Shown piece by piece: positions 47,799 to 57,580 of a DNA stretch of 64,000 bases. A model generated the notes under the pieces. The model was given only the letters and a program-made list of their open reading frames with translations. It made no database searches and was not told where the DNA came from. Source of the stretch: Candidatus Eiseniibacteriota bacterium (GTDB lineage: Bacteria > Orphanbacterota > Orphanbacteria > Orphanbacterales > Orphanbacteraceae); contig JAJRWB010000014.1 of NCBI GenBank assembly GCA_024276995.1, positions 138,751-202,750 on the forward strand, read 5' to 3'. The position numbers and the translations under genes are program-made. The first letter of the stretch is position 1, and each line of letters starts with the position of its first letter.

Positions 47799-49245
47799 GT
47801 CGCCCTTCGACATAGTGATCGGCCTCGAGGTTCACGCCCGGCTTCTCACGGAATCGAAGATCTTCTGCCCGTGCGCGAACCGTTTCGGCGAAGAGCCGAA
47901 CTCTCTCGTCTGCCCGGTCTGCCTCGGCATGCCCGGCGTTCTCCCGGTGCTCAACCACCGCGCGGTCGATCTCGCGGTCCGCGCGGCGCTCGCGCTGGAC
48001 GGGAGGATCCGCCCCGTCTCGGTTTTCGCGCGAAAGAATTACTTCTACCCCGACCTCCCGAAGGGCTACCAGATCAGCCAGTTCGACAGGCCTTTCTGCG
48101 AAGGAGGCGCCGTTCCCCTTCCCGACGGCTCGAAAATCGAGCTGATCCGGATCCATCTCGAGGAGGACGCGGGGAAACTGCTCCACCCCGAAGGCGACGA
48201 CGGCCATTCTCTCGTCGATCTCAACCGATGCGGCGATCCCCTTATCGAGATCGTCACCGCGCCGGTGATCACCTCGCCGGAAGAAGCGTACCTCTTCCTC
48301 GTCGGTCTGAAGGAAATCCTTCTTTACGCCGGGGTTTCCGACTGCAACATGGAGGAGGGAAGCCTCCGTTGCGACGCGAATCTCTCTCTTCGACCGCGCG
48401 GGGAGACGAAACTCGGCACGAAGACCGAGCTGAAGAACCTGAACAGCTTCAGCGCCGTGCGCGCGGCGCTTCGCTGGGAAGCGACGCGCCAGGAGAGGAC
48501 GCTCCTCGACGGAAAGAAAGTGAACCATGAAACTCTTCTGTGGAACGCCGAGACGAAGGAGGCTTCGCCGATGCGCACGAAGGAGGAGGCCCACGACTAT
48601 CGTTACTTCCCCGAACCCGATCTGCCCCCGCTTGTGATTGACCCATCAAGAATCGACTCGATCCGCGCGACCCTTCCGGAGCTTCCAGGACCGAAGCGGG
48701 AACGTTTCATGAAGGAGTACGGCGTGCGCCGTTACGACGCCGAAGTTCTCACGTCGTCGGCTGAGCTGGCGGACTACTACGAGAAAGTGGCGGCGCGTTT
48801 CCCCGATCGCGCTCTGGCCGCCGCTTTTCTCACCGGCACGTTCCTCCGCTACCTGTCGGAGGACGACACGGCGCCCGGCCTGGCGCCCGTCGGTCCCGGA
48901 GCACTGGCGCGGCTCCTTTCCCTCGTGCGGGACGAGACGATCTCCCTTTCCGCGGCGAAGAAAGTCTTCGATGTCTTGTGGAAGGAGGGGGGGGAGCCGG
49001 CCGAAGTGGTCGATCGTCTCGCCTTGAGGCAGATCTCCGATGAAGGGGAGGTGGAGAAACTGGTCGTTTCGGTGATCGACGAGAACGCCCCCCAGGTGGA
49101 GCAGTTCCTCGGGGGGAAGGAGAAGGTCTTCGGTTTTCTCGTCGGCGCCGCCATGAAAAAGTCCGGCGGAAGAGCGAACCCGTCGGTGCTCGGCGAAGCG
49201 CTTCGCGCGGCCCTCGAGAAGCGTCGGGGGGGGCGTCGCGCTTGA
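47791..49245 (+). CDS. gatB: Asp/Glu-tRNA(Asn/Gln) amidotransferase subunit B
   Basis: 484 aa from ATG 47791 with IGLEVHARL, KIFC, DLNRCGDPLIEIV, CDANLSLR and the C-terminal GatB_Yqey domain. Confidence 0.96.
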   Translation: MAESPFDIVIGLEVHARLLTESKIFCPCANRFGEEPNSLVCPVCLGMPGVLPVLNHRAVDLAVRAALALDGRIRPVSVFARKNYFYPDLPKGYQISQFDRPFCEGGAVPLPDGSKIELIRIHLEEDAGKLLHPEGDDGHSLVDLNRCGDPLIEIVTAPVITSPEEAYLFLVGLKEILLYAGVSDCNMEEGSLRCDANLSLRPRGETKLGTKTELKNLNSFSAVRAALRWEATRQERTLLDGKKVNHETLLWNAETKEASPMRTKEEAHDYRYFPEPDLPPLVIDPSRIDSIRATLPELPGPKRERFMKEYGVRRYDAEVLTSSAELADYYEKVAARFPDRALAAAFLTGTFLRYLSEDDTAPGLAPVGPGALARLLSLVRDETISLSAAKKVFDVLWKEGGEPAEVVDRLALRQISDEGEVEKLVVSVIDENAPQVEQFLGGKEKVFGFLVGAAMKKSGGRANPSVLGEALRAALEKRRGGRRA

Positions 49246-49270
49246 CGCCGCGGGCGGTTCTCCCTATACT
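49242..49270 (+). promoter_or_regulatory. candidate promoter of the rib operon
   Basis: TTGACG (49242-49247, overlapping the gatB stop), an exact 17-nt spacer, then TATACT (49265-49270). Confidence 0.55.
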
Positions 49271-49292
49271 GTTGGCGGAAAAGAAAATACGT

Positions 49293-49422
49293 ATTTCGGT
49301 TCTTCGGGGGCGGGTGCAACTCCCCGCCGGCGGTAAAGCCCGCGACCGGAGGATGAACCTCCGTTGACCCGTTGAGATTACGGGGCCGACCGTGAAAGTC
49401 GGGAAGGGAGAAGGCCGAACGA
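49293..49422 (+). promoter_or_regulatory. FMN riboswitch (RFN element) aptamer
   Basis: The conserved core TTCTTCGGGGGCGGGTGCAACTCCCCGCCGGCGGTAAAGCCCGCGA...GTTGAGATTACGGGGCCGACCGTGAAAGTCGGGAAGGGAGAAGG is present. P1 pairs 5' TTCGGTTCTTC with 3' GAAGGCCGAA. It lies between the promoter and ribD. Confidence 0.9.
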
Positions 49423-49482
49423 CGCCGCACGTCCCGCCGTACCTGCGAGGTGCGCCGGGCGGTGAGTGTCGTTTTCGGTGTG

Positions 49483-49514
49483 CCCTGCGGAGAACGTGCT
49501 CCACGGGGTTTTTT
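49483..49514 (+). terminator. probable riboswitch expression-platform terminator
   Basis: Stem CCCTGCGGAG / CTCCACGGGG (one G-U pair, one mismatch), loop AACGTG, then T6 ending 1 nt before the ribD ATG. Confidence 0.55.
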
Positions 49515-49515
49515 C

Positions 49516-50649
49516 ATGACCGATCGAAACGGGAGGAAGGCGGGACCGTTCATGGCGGCCGCTCTGCGTCTCGCGGCGAAGGGGGCGGGACGGTGCGCGC
49601 CGAACCCGATGGTCGGCGCCGTGGTGGTGCGGGCCGGCGACGTGATTTCCCGGGGCTGGCATCGCCGCGCCGGCGGCGACCACGCCGAGGTCGTCGCCCT
49701 CCGCCGGGCGTGCGACCGGGCGAGGGGCGCGACACTTTACGTCACCCTCGAGCCGTGCTGCCATACGGGGCGAACCGGCCCGTGCACCGGGGCGATCGCC
49801 GATGCCGGCATCGCCCGGGTAGTCGCTCCGCTGGCCGACCCGTTCGAGAAAGTGGCGGGGGGAGGCTTTCGCATCCTCAGGCGACATGGCATCCGCGTCG
49901 ACGTGGGGGAGGGACGGGCCGAGGCGAGGCGGCTGAACGAGGCTTATTTCCGGAGGATCGCCACCGGTCGGCCGTGGGTCGATCTCAAGATGGCCTCCAC
50001 CCTCGACGGGCGGATCGCCGACCGGCGCGGCGAGTCGAAGTGGATCACCGGTGAGGAAGCGCGCCGTGACGTGCAGCGCCTCCGCGCGCGATCGGACGCC
50101 CTCCTCGTCGGCGCCGGCACGGTGATCGCCGACGATCCGAAGCTCACGGTCCGTCCCGGCGCGGTCGGTCGGGAGCCTTTCCGAATCGTCCTCGACGGCG
50201 CTCTTCGCGTCTCGCCCCGCGCGGCGCTGTTCACCGGCAATGTCGATCCGCGACGAACCGTCGTCGTCTGCACGGCCGACCCCGACGCGCGCCGGGCGCG
50301 GGCGATCGAGAAGACCGGCGCCGTTCTTATTCCCGTGCGACGCTGGCGCGGTGGTCGTGCCCCCTTGCGCACCGTCCTTCGCACCATCGCCGCCATCGGT
50401 GTGAACCGCCTTCTCGTCGAGGGGGGAGGCGACACGGCCGGTTCCTTCGTGGCGGCCGGTCTCGTCGACCGCTTCCATCTCTTCGTGGCGCCGAAGGCGC
50501 TCGGCGAAGGGGTCGGCATCCTCCGAGGACTGCCGGGAAGGTCGCTGCGCGGCGCGAAGCGGTTCCGCCTCGCCGGAGTCACCCGGCGCGGGGGGGACGT
50601 TCGAATCGTCTACGAGAGGATCGAGGAGGGATCGTGTTCACCGGACTGA
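49516..50649 (+). CDS. ribD: bifunctional riboflavin biosynthesis deaminase/reductase RibD
   Basis: 377 aa from ATG 49516 with CAPNPMVGAVVV, HAEVVAL and TLEPCCHTGRTGPC (the CDA zinc motif), plus the C-terminal reductase domain (LVEGGG). Confidence 0.94.
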   Translation: MTDRNGRKAGPFMAAALRLAAKGAGRCAPNPMVGAVVVRAGDVISRGWHRRAGGDHAEVVALRRACDRARGATLYVTLEPCCHTGRTGPCTGAIADAGIARVVAPLADPFEKVAGGGFRILRRHGIRVDVGEGRAEARRLNEAYFRRIATGRPWVDLKMASTLDGRIADRRGESKWITGEEARRDVQRLRARSDALLVGAGTVIADDPKLTVRPGAVGREPFRIVLDGALRVSPRAALFTGNVDPRRTVVVCTADPDARRARAIEKTGAVLIPVRRWRGGRAPLRTVLRTIAAIGVNRLLVEGGGDTAGSFVAAGLVDRFHLFVAPKALGEGVGILRGLPGRSLRGAKRFRLAGVTRRGGDVRIVYERIEEGSCSPD

Positions 50650-51245
50650 TCGAGGAAGTGGGGAGTGTAGTGCATCGCCGCCCGCGGGGAAGCGGTCTTT
50701 CGCTGCGTATCGCCGCCCGCCGTGTGCTCGAGGATCTCGTGGAGGGCGATTCGATCGCGGTGAACGGTGTCTGCCTCACGGCGGCGGCGATCGACGGCGA
50801 GTCGTTTCGCGCCGATCTTCTCGGCGAGACGGTCCGTCGCACCTCGTTCGGCCGTATGCGGCCGGGAACGCCGGTCAACCTCGAGCGCCCGCTTCGCGTG
50901 ACCGACCGGATGGGAGGCCACATCGTCCAGGGCCACGTCGACGGGATCGCAGAAATCGTCCGCATCCGGCCGAGCGGTGAGGACACGGTCCTCACCGTCC
51001 GTTGTCCCGACATGCTATCGAAATACTTCGTGGAAAAAGGCTCGGTGGCGCTCGACGGCGTTAGTCTCACCATCGCGTCCGTCGCCGGCGCCGCGCTCGA
51101 CGTGGCGCTCATCCCCGAGACGCTCCGGCGAACCGCATTCCGATCGAAGCGTCCGGGGGATGCGGTCCATGTCGAGGTGGACGTGATCGGCAAATACGTG
51201 GAAAAACTCTTATGTTCATCTTCCATGAGAAGAGGTAAGCGATGA
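50634..51245 (+). CDS. ribE: riboflavin synthase (alpha chain)
   Basis: 203 aa with [10 protein letters not shown] and the duplicated lumazine-binding repeats ([10 protein letters not shown] and [10 protein letters not shown]). Confidence 0.93.
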   Translation: MFTGLIEEVGSVVHRRPRGSGLSLRIAARRVLEDLVEGDSIAVNGVCLTAAAIDGESFRADLLGETVRRTSFGRMRPGTPVNLERPLRVTDRMGGHIVQGHVDGIAEIVRIRPSGEDTVLTVRCPDMLSKYFVEKGSVALDGVSLTIASVAGAALDVALIPETLRRTAFRSKRPGDAVHVEVDVIGKYVEKLLCSSSMRRGKR

Positions 51246-52528
51246 AGAGCGAGAAGAACGGGAGGAAGAGCGGAGGGAGAATCGAATTCGCCGCCGTGGA
51301 AGAGGCGGTCGAGGCGATCCGGCGCGGGGGGATGGTTGTGGTGGTCGACGACGAAGACCGCGAGAACGAGGGGGACCTGATCATGGCCGCCGAGAAGGTG
51401 ACCCCCGAAGCGGTGAACTTCCTGAGCAAAGAGGGGAGGGGACTGATCTGCGTTCCCTTGCCGGCCGAACGGTGCGAGCACCTCGATCTCGGCCCGATGA
51501 CACGGATCAACACGTCCAAGATGGAAACCGCCTTCTCCGTGTCGGTCGACCTCATCCCGGGGACGACGACCGGCATCTCGGCGTTCGACCGGGCCGCCAC
51601 GATCCGTGCCCTCGTGGACAGCGCCACCCGTCCTGCCGATCTCGGCCGGCCGGGCCATATCTTTCCGCTGCGCGCCGCAGACGGCGGCGTCCTCCGCCGG
51701 GCGGGCCATACCGAGGCGGCGGTCGACCTCGCCCGGATGGCCGGTCTTCGCCCCGCCGGCGTGCTATGCGAAATCCTCTCCGAGGACGGCACGATGGCCC
51801 GCCTAGAAGAGCTTTCCCGCATCGCCGCGAAGCACTCTCTCCCGCTGATCAGCATCGCCGACATGATCGAGTACCGTCGTCGCAGGGAGACGCTCGTCAC
51901 CGAGACGGCGCGGGCGAAACTTCCGACGACGCACGGCACTTTCGACATACGCCTCTTCGAGGACACTCTTGAGGGGGCGGAGCACGTGGCGCTCACCATG
52001 GGGGAATTCGACCGTCCCGATCCGGTCTTGGTGCGGGTTCATTCGCAATGCCTCACCGGTGATGTCTTCGGATCGCTCCGCTGCGACTGCGGCGACCAGG
52101 CGAAGCGCGCGCTGGAAAGGATCGGCCGCGAGGGGAGGGGCGTTTTTCTATACATGCGCCAGGAGGGACGGGGGATCGGCTTGAAAAACAAGCTCAAGGC
52201 CTACCATCTCCAGGAGGAAGGTCTCGACACGGTCGAAGCGAATGAGAAGCTCGGCTTCGGTCCCGACCTGAGGGATTACGGCATCGGGGCGCAGATCCTC
52301 ACCCTCCTGGGGTTGCGCAAGATACGTCTTTTGACGAACAATCCCCGAAAGATCATCGGTCTGCAGGCGTTCGGCCTGGAAGTGGTCGAACGGGTTCCCC
52401 ATGAAATCGCGCCGAACGAGAACAACGCGATCTACCTGAAAACGAAGAAGGAAAAACTGGGCCACCTGCTCGATCACGTCGGATCGAGAAGGCCGGCGCC
52501 GGAGTCGAAAGGAGAAAGCGGTGGTTAG
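51242..52528 (+). CDS. ribBA: bifunctional 3,4-dihydroxy-2-butanone-4-phosphate synthase / GTP cyclohydrolase II
   Basis: 428 aa with [19 protein letters not shown] and [14 protein letters not shown] (DHBP synthase), then [21 protein letters not shown] and QEGRGIGL (GCH II). Confidence 0.95.
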   Translation: MKSEKNGRKSGGRIEFAAVEEAVEAIRRGGMVVVVDDEDRENEGDLIMAAEKVTPEAVNFLSKEGRGLICVPLPAERCEHLDLGPMTRINTSKMETAFSVSVDLIPGTTTGISAFDRAATIRALVDSATRPADLGRPGHIFPLRAADGGVLRRAGHTEAAVDLARMAGLRPAGVLCEILSEDGTMARLEELSRIAAKHSLPLISIADMIEYRRRRETLVTETARAKLPTTHGTFDIRLFEDTLEGAEHVALTMGEFDRPDPVLVRVHSQCLTGDVFGSLRCDCGDQAKRALERIGREGRGVFLYMRQEGRGIGLKNKLKAYHLQEEGLDTVEANEKLGFGPDLRDYGIGAQILTLLGLRKIRLLTNNPRKIIGLQAFGLEVVERVPHEIAPNENNAIYLKTKKEKLGHLLDHVGSRRPAPESKGESGG

Positions 52529-53000
52529 AATCGCCGAGGGGCGGCTCGACGGAACTGGAAAGCGGATCGGCATCGTTGTGAGCCGGTTCAACCAAACCAT
52601 CACGGAACGGCTGTTCGACGGTGCGGTCGACTGCCTTCTTCGCCACGGGACGGAGAAGGAGAAGATCGACGCCGTGCGCGTGCCGGGAGCGTTTGAAATC
52701 GCGCCGGCGGCGAAAAAGCTGTGCGACACGGGGCAGTACGATGCCGTGATCTGTCTCGGCGCGGTGATCCGAGGACAGACGCCACACTTCGATTTCGTCG
52801 CCGCCGAGGTGACGCGCGCGGTGGGCGCGCTCGCCGCGACGGGAGGGGACGTCGTTTCGTTCGGCGTCCTCACCACGGACACTTTCGAGCAGGCGAGCGA
52901 CAGGGCGGGGGGGAAGGCGGGAAACAAGGGATGGGATGCCGCCCTCGCGGCGCTCGAAATGGCGAATCTGCCCATCGGGGAGACCGGCTCTTGGGAGTAA
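52521..53000 (+). CDS. ribH: 6,7-dimethyl-8-ribityllumazine synthase
   Basis: 159 aa with [17 protein letters not shown]-like [22 protein letters not shown] and FGVLTTDT. Confidence 0.94.
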   Translation: MVRIAEGRLDGTGKRIGIVVSRFNQTITERLFDGAVDCLLRHGTEKEKIDAVRVPGAFEIAPAAKKLCDTGQYDAVICLGAVIRGQTPHFDFVAAEVTRAVGALAATGGDVVSFGVLTTDTFEQASDRAGGKAGNKGWDAALAALEMANLPIGETGSWE

Positions 53001-53428
53001 GGCGGAAAGGGAGGGAACTCGCCCTCAAGCTCCTCTACCGGATCTACCTGACCGGCGAGAGCTGGGACGGTGTGAAGGAGGTGCTCGACGAATACGGGGG
53101 GAACGACGCCGTGCGCGATTTCGCGTGCGAGCTGGTCGGCGCGGTGCTCGATCACCTGCATGAGATCGATGCGATCATCGTCGATTCGGCGAAGAACTGG
53201 GACCTCGCCCGGATGCCCACTCTGGACAGGAACATGATTCGCATCGCCGCCGCCGAGCACCTCGTGCTCGGCAGCGCGTCCCCCGCCGTCATCATCGACG
53301 AGGCGGTGGAAATCGCGGGACGGTACTCGACCGACCGCTCGGGCGCTTTCGTAAACGGCGTTCTCGATCGGATCATCTCGACGCGCGCGGAAAGGTCGCT
53401 CCCGCCGGACGGGCACGATGCCTCCTGA
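52991..53428 (+). CDS. nusB: transcription antitermination factor NusB
   Basis: 145 aa from TTG 52991 with [59 protein letters not shown]. Confidence 0.88.
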   Translation: MGVRRKGRELALKLLYRIYLTGESWDGVKEVLDEYGGNDAVRDFACELVGAVLDHLHEIDAIIVDSAKNWDLARMPTLDRNMIRIAAAEHLVLGSASPAVIIDEAVEIAGRYSTDRSGAFVNGVLDRIISTRAERSLPPDGHDAS

Positions 53429-56360
53429 CCATGCGATACTCGGCACCCTTCTCGCCGTGGCGGCGACCGTTTTCATTCTCCTTCTTCGCCGTTCGAACCG
53501 CTTGGTCCGGAAGCATGTTTCCAAATTGCGCGACGAGATCCGCCTCACCGAGTCGATCCTTCGCTCGGAGGGCGCCTGCCTGGTCGTGTTCGACCGGGAC
53601 GGGAAGATCGTCCAGTTCAACCGGACGAGCGAGGAGACGAGCGGCTTCAGGGCGGGCGAGGTGATCGGTGCGCCCTACTCGAAGCTCTTCCCAGCCGACG
53701 CCGATCGGCGGGAGTTCGAAAGGGGGCTCGCCTCCTTCGAAGAAGGGCGCGATTCGGCCGAGGTGACGGCCGCCCTCCGCACGGCGCGGGGGGACTCCCG
53801 GCTCGTGGCTTGCGTTCTTCGCCCGGTGCGCGAGGCGCAGGGGGAAATCCGCTGCGTCATTTGTACCGGTGTCGATATCACCGACCGCGTTCGGGCGGAA
53901 GCGTCTCTCAGGCAGAGCGAGGAACTCTTTCGGACGGTGTGCGCCACCGTGCCGGCGGCGATCCTGATTTTCCAGGATGAGAAGATCCGCTTCGTCAATC
54001 GCGCCGCTCTCGAGATCACGGGATACTCCCGCGAGGAACTGACCGGCGCTCCTTTCTGGAAGACGATCCATCCCGATTATTGCGACATCGTCAAGGAACG
54101 GGGTCTCGCCCGGCTCGCGGGGGAAAATATACCATTGACCTATGAAGTGCCGATCTTGACGAAAGGAGGCGAGAAACGGTGGGTCGACTACACTGCGTCT
54201 CTGTTCGAGTTCAACGGGAAGCCGGCGATTCTCGGAACGGCGTTCGACATCACCGAGCGGAGAGAGGCCGCCGACGCGCTCCGCCGGAGAATCGATGCCG
54301 AGCGATGCGCATCGGCGATCTCGTCGACGTTCATCGCCGAACCGGAAGGCGACACGGCGCACCTCGTCGATCGGGCGCTCGGCGAGATCGGAGAGGTGGC
54401 GGGAGCCGATTCGGTTTTTCTCTACCTGTATGGCGAGAACTCCGACATCGCCCGGCGCGCCCACAGCTGGGTCCGCGACGAAAAGAACGCCCTATCGAGA
54501 GAGACGGAGAGCCTCGGGCCGGACGCCTTTCCTCGCATCCATGAACTCCTTCGCCGGGGAGAGGTGTTCCAGACCTCCGATACGGCCTCCCCTGCCATCG
54601 ATGAGGAACCGTTCAGACGGTACGGCTCCGAAATCCGCAGTCGGTCGGCGATTATCATCCCGATCCGCTGCAGGGGCGTGACGAGGGGCCTGTTCGGCCT
54701 CGGCGCGGCGGAACCGGGCCGCACGTGGAGCGATGACGAGACGGCGCTGCTGAAGCTCCTCGGCGAGATCTGCTTCAACGCCATCGCCGCCCGCGAAGGA
54801 CAAGAGGCGCTCCGATCGAGCGAGGCGCGCTACAGGGCGCTGTACGACGACAATCCTTCCATGTACTTCACCGTCGCTCGCCGGGGCGAGATTCTTTCGG
54901 TCAACCGTTTCGGCGCCGGCCAACTCGGGTACAAGCCTTCGGAACTGATCGGTCGGCCCGTGTTCGAGCTTTTCCATCCGGACGATCTCGACGTGATCCA
55001 TCGATACCTCGAAAAAGCGGCCGCATCGCCCCTGAAGCTCTTCCACTGGGACCTTCGAAAGGTCCATCGCAGCGGCGACACGATCTGCGTGAAGGAGACG
55101 GTGCGCGCCGTTCCCGACCGATCGGGGGAGATCGTATTTTTCGTAGCCTGCGAGGATATTACCGCCGTCCGCGCGGCCGCCGAGGAGCGTCGAAAACTCG
55201 AGGCGCACCTCGAGTACGCCCAGAAGATGGAGAGTATCGCCCAACTCGCCAGTGTGATCGCACACGAGTTCAACAATCAGCTCATGGTGATCGGTGCGAG
55301 CGCCGAGCTCGCGCTCCTTGACATGCCGGAGGATTCGCCCGCCGCCGAACCGATCGGCCAGATCCGCGAAATGGTCGAATCCGCCGGAACGATGACCGGC
55401 CAGCTCCTGGCGTACGCGGGACGTTCAAGGGTGGAGCGGGGAAAACTCGATCTTTCCCGGGTGGTGAGCGAGATGGACAGGCTTCTCTCCGTCGCCTTCT
55501 CGAACCGCGCCGCCATCGAGTTCGATCTCGCGGATTCGCTCCCCGCGGTGCGTGGGAACGGGACGAAGATCAGGCAGATTCTCATGAACCTGATGACGAA
55601 CGCCGTGGACGCCCTCGGCGGCCACACCGGTATCGTCACGATCCGAACCGGGGGGCGACTCCTCGGCGACGACGATCTGCGCCGGTTCACCGCGGGACGC
55701 GGATCGGGGCCGGGAGAATACGCATTTCTCGAGGTGGCCGACACGGGGCGCGGCATCGACGGGAAGGCGATGGAGAAATTGTTCGACCCCTTCCACACAA
55801 CGAAGAAGAAAGGGCGCGGCCTCGGCCTTTTCGTCGTCCAGGAGATCGTCGAGCAGATGGGAGGAGGGATCGTCGTGGAGAACCATCCCGAGGAAGGCGC
55901 CCTCTTCCGAATTTTCTTTCCCGGCGCCGGCACGATCGCCGGCGGCCCGACCGACCGCCCGAACACCCCTCCGCCGTTTCCCCTGTGGCGCGGATCGGGA
56001 ACGATCCTCGTGATCGACGACAAGGAGCCTATGCGCCGGGTGTGCACTCGGATTCTCCGCCGCGTCGGCTTCGACGTCGACACCGCCCCCGACGGCGTTT
56101 CCGGCATCGATCTCTACCGCCGTCGATCGACACCGTACGACGCCGTCCTCCTCGACATGACCCTCCCCGATATGAAGGGTATCGATGTTTTCCACGCCAT
56201 CCGGAAGATCGACGAAAAGTCGCGCATCATCCTTACAAGCGGCTACAGCGCCGATCTCTCTTCCGATCGGTTCGCCTCGATCGCCTCGTCCGGTTTCATC
56301 CAGAAGCCGTATCACGCCGCCGCGCTGGTCGACAGGGTCCGCGAAATCCTCTCCCCTTGA
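53418..56360 (+). CDS. hybrid sensor histidine kinase (TM anchor, multiple PAS, GAF-like, HisKA, HATPase, C-terminal receiver)
   Basis: 980 aa. It has an N-terminal TM helix (ILGTLLAVAATVFILLL), several PAS-like blocks, H-box SVIAHEFNNQL, N/G boxes NLMTNAVDA, DTGRGI and GRGLGLF, and the receiver ILVIDDKEPM...VLLDMTLPDMKG...KPY. Confidence 0.9.
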   Translation: MPPDHAILGTLLAVAATVFILLLRRSNRLVRKHVSKLRDEIRLTESILRSEGACLVVFDRDGKIVQFNRTSEETSGFRAGEVIGAPYSKLFPADADRREFERGLASFEEGRDSAEVTAALRTARGDSRLVACVLRPVREAQGEIRCVICTGVDITDRVRAEASLRQSEELFRTVCATVPAAILIFQDEKIRFVNRAALEITGYSREELTGAPFWKTIHPDYCDIVKERGLARLAGENIPLTYEVPILTKGGEKRWVDYTASLFEFNGKPAILGTAFDITERREAADALRRRIDAERCASAISSTFIAEPEGDTAHLVDRALGEIGEVAGADSVFLYLYGENSDIARRAHSWVRDEKNALSRETESLGPDAFPRIHELLRRGEVFQTSDTASPAIDEEPFRRYGSEIRSRSAIIIPIRCRGVTRGLFGLGAAEPGRTWSDDETALLKLLGEICFNAIAAREGQEALRSSEARYRALYDDNPSMYFTVARRGEILSVNRFGAGQLGYKPSELIGRPVFELFHPDDLDVIHRYLEKAAASPLKLFHWDLRKVHRSGDTICVKETVRAVPDRSGEIVFFVACEDITAVRAAAEERRKLEAHLEYAQKMESIAQLASVIAHEFNNQLMVIGASAELALLDMPEDSPAAEPIGQIREMVESAGTMTGQLLAYAGRSRVERGKLDLSRVVSEMDRLLSVAFSNRAAIEFDLADSLPAVRGNGTKIRQILMNLMTNAVDALGGHTGIVTIRTGGRLLGDDDLRRFTAGRGSGPGEYAFLEVADTGRGIDGKAMEKLFDPFHTTKKKGRGLGLFVVQEIVEQMGGGIVVENHPEEGALFRIFFPGAGTIAGGPTDRPNTPPPFPLWRGSGTILVIDDKEPMRRVCTRILRRVGFDVDTAPDGVSGIDLYRRRSTPYDAVLLDMTLPDMKGIDVFHAIRKIDEKSRIILTSGYSADLSSDRFASIASSGFIQKPYHAAALVDRVREILSP

Positions 56361-56431
56361 GACGACAGCGCCAACGTCTTCCGTTTCATTGACTTCCCGA
56401 AACGGCGTATGCTAGGATCCGCTCGATTTTC

Positions 56432-57580
56432 GTGCGGTACCGGGGGAAGAGCGGCGTGAAGATTCTGGTGGTCAACTGGAGAGATATCCGTAATCCCGAG
56501 GCGGGCGGCGCCGAGGTCCACCTCCATGAAATCTTCGGGCGCATCGCCGCCGCCGGCCATCCGGTCACGCTGGTGGCACACCATTTCCGCGGGGCGGCGC
56601 GCGAGGAGAGGATCGATCGGATCCGCGTGCTCCGGGTGGGGGGCAAATTCGATTTCAACTTCCGGGCGCTCCCCTTCGCCCTGGGACTCCTGAAGAAGGA
56701 GAAGTACGACGTGGTGGTGGAGGATCTGAACAAGATCCCCTTCTTCCTCTCCTTTTTCACCGCCGTGCCGACGTGCGCGCTGCTTCATCACTTTTTCGGC
56801 GGCTCGATCTGGCGGGAGACGAACGGCGTTTTCGCGCTCTACGTTCTCGCCGCGGAAAGGATAGTGCGCGCGTCGTACAGGAAGCTTCCGTTCTGCGTCG
56901 TCTCCCGCAGCACCGCGGATGAGCTGATCGCCGCCGGTTTCCCGCCCGGAAACCTCACGATCATTCACAACGCCGTCGATCACGCGATCTACACCCCCGG
57001 CGATGCCGCCGAGAAAGTCCCGGGAAGAATCATCTATCTCGGCCGGGTGAAGCGTTACAAGGGGATCGACATCATCTTCCGTTCCCTTGTCGGCGTGCGC
57101 GCCGAGATTCCGGAGGCCCACCTCGTGGTGGTGGGCGGCGGCGACGATCGGGCGCGCCTGGAGGCGATCCGCGATTCCCTCGGCCTCGGCGGGGCGGTGA
57201 CGTTCACCGGCATGGTCTCCACCGAGGAGAAAATCGATCAGCTTCGCAAGGCGGAGGTGATGGTCACCCCTTCGCCGAAGGAGGGGTGGGGCGTCACGAC
57301 GATCGAGGCGAATGCATGCGGAACACCGGTGATCGCCAGCAATGTGCCCGGTCTTCGCGACGCGGTGCGCGACGGCGAAACGGGCCTCCTCTTCCCCTTC
57401 GGAGATGAGGAGCGCCTCACCGAGCTGCTCGGTGCGATGCTTCGCGATCGGCCTCTCCGCGAGCGGCTCACCGAGGGCGCCCTCGAATGGGCCGGCCGCT
57501 TCACGTGGGAACACTCGGCGGAGGAGACGGTGCGGTGGCTCGAAAAAGTGGCGGCGAAGGGGGGGAAAGAGAGGTCATGA
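56432..57580 (+). CDS. glycosyltransferase, GT4 (GT-B fold) family
   Basis: 382 aa with ILVVNW...GGAEVH at the N-terminus and the EX7E region PSPKEGWGVTTIEANACGTPVIAS. GTG 56456 (VKILVV) is an alternative start. Confidence 0.88.
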   Translation: MRYRGKSGVKILVVNWRDIRNPEAGGAEVHLHEIFGRIAAAGHPVTLVAHHFRGAAREERIDRIRVLRVGGKFDFNFRALPFALGLLKKEKYDVVVEDLNKIPFFLSFFTAVPTCALLHHFFGGSIWRETNGVFALYVLAAERIVRASYRKLPFCVVSRSTADELIAAGFPPGNLTIIHNAVDHAIYTPGDAAEKVPGRIIYLGRVKRYKGIDIIFRSLVGVRAEIPEAHLVVVGGGDDRARLEAIRDSLGLGGAVTFTGMVSTEEKIDQLRKAEVMVTPSPKEGWGVTTIEANACGTPVIASNVPGLRDAVRDGETGLLFPFGDEERLTELLGAMLRDRPLRERLTEGALEWAGRFTWEHSAEETVRWLEKVAAKGGKERS

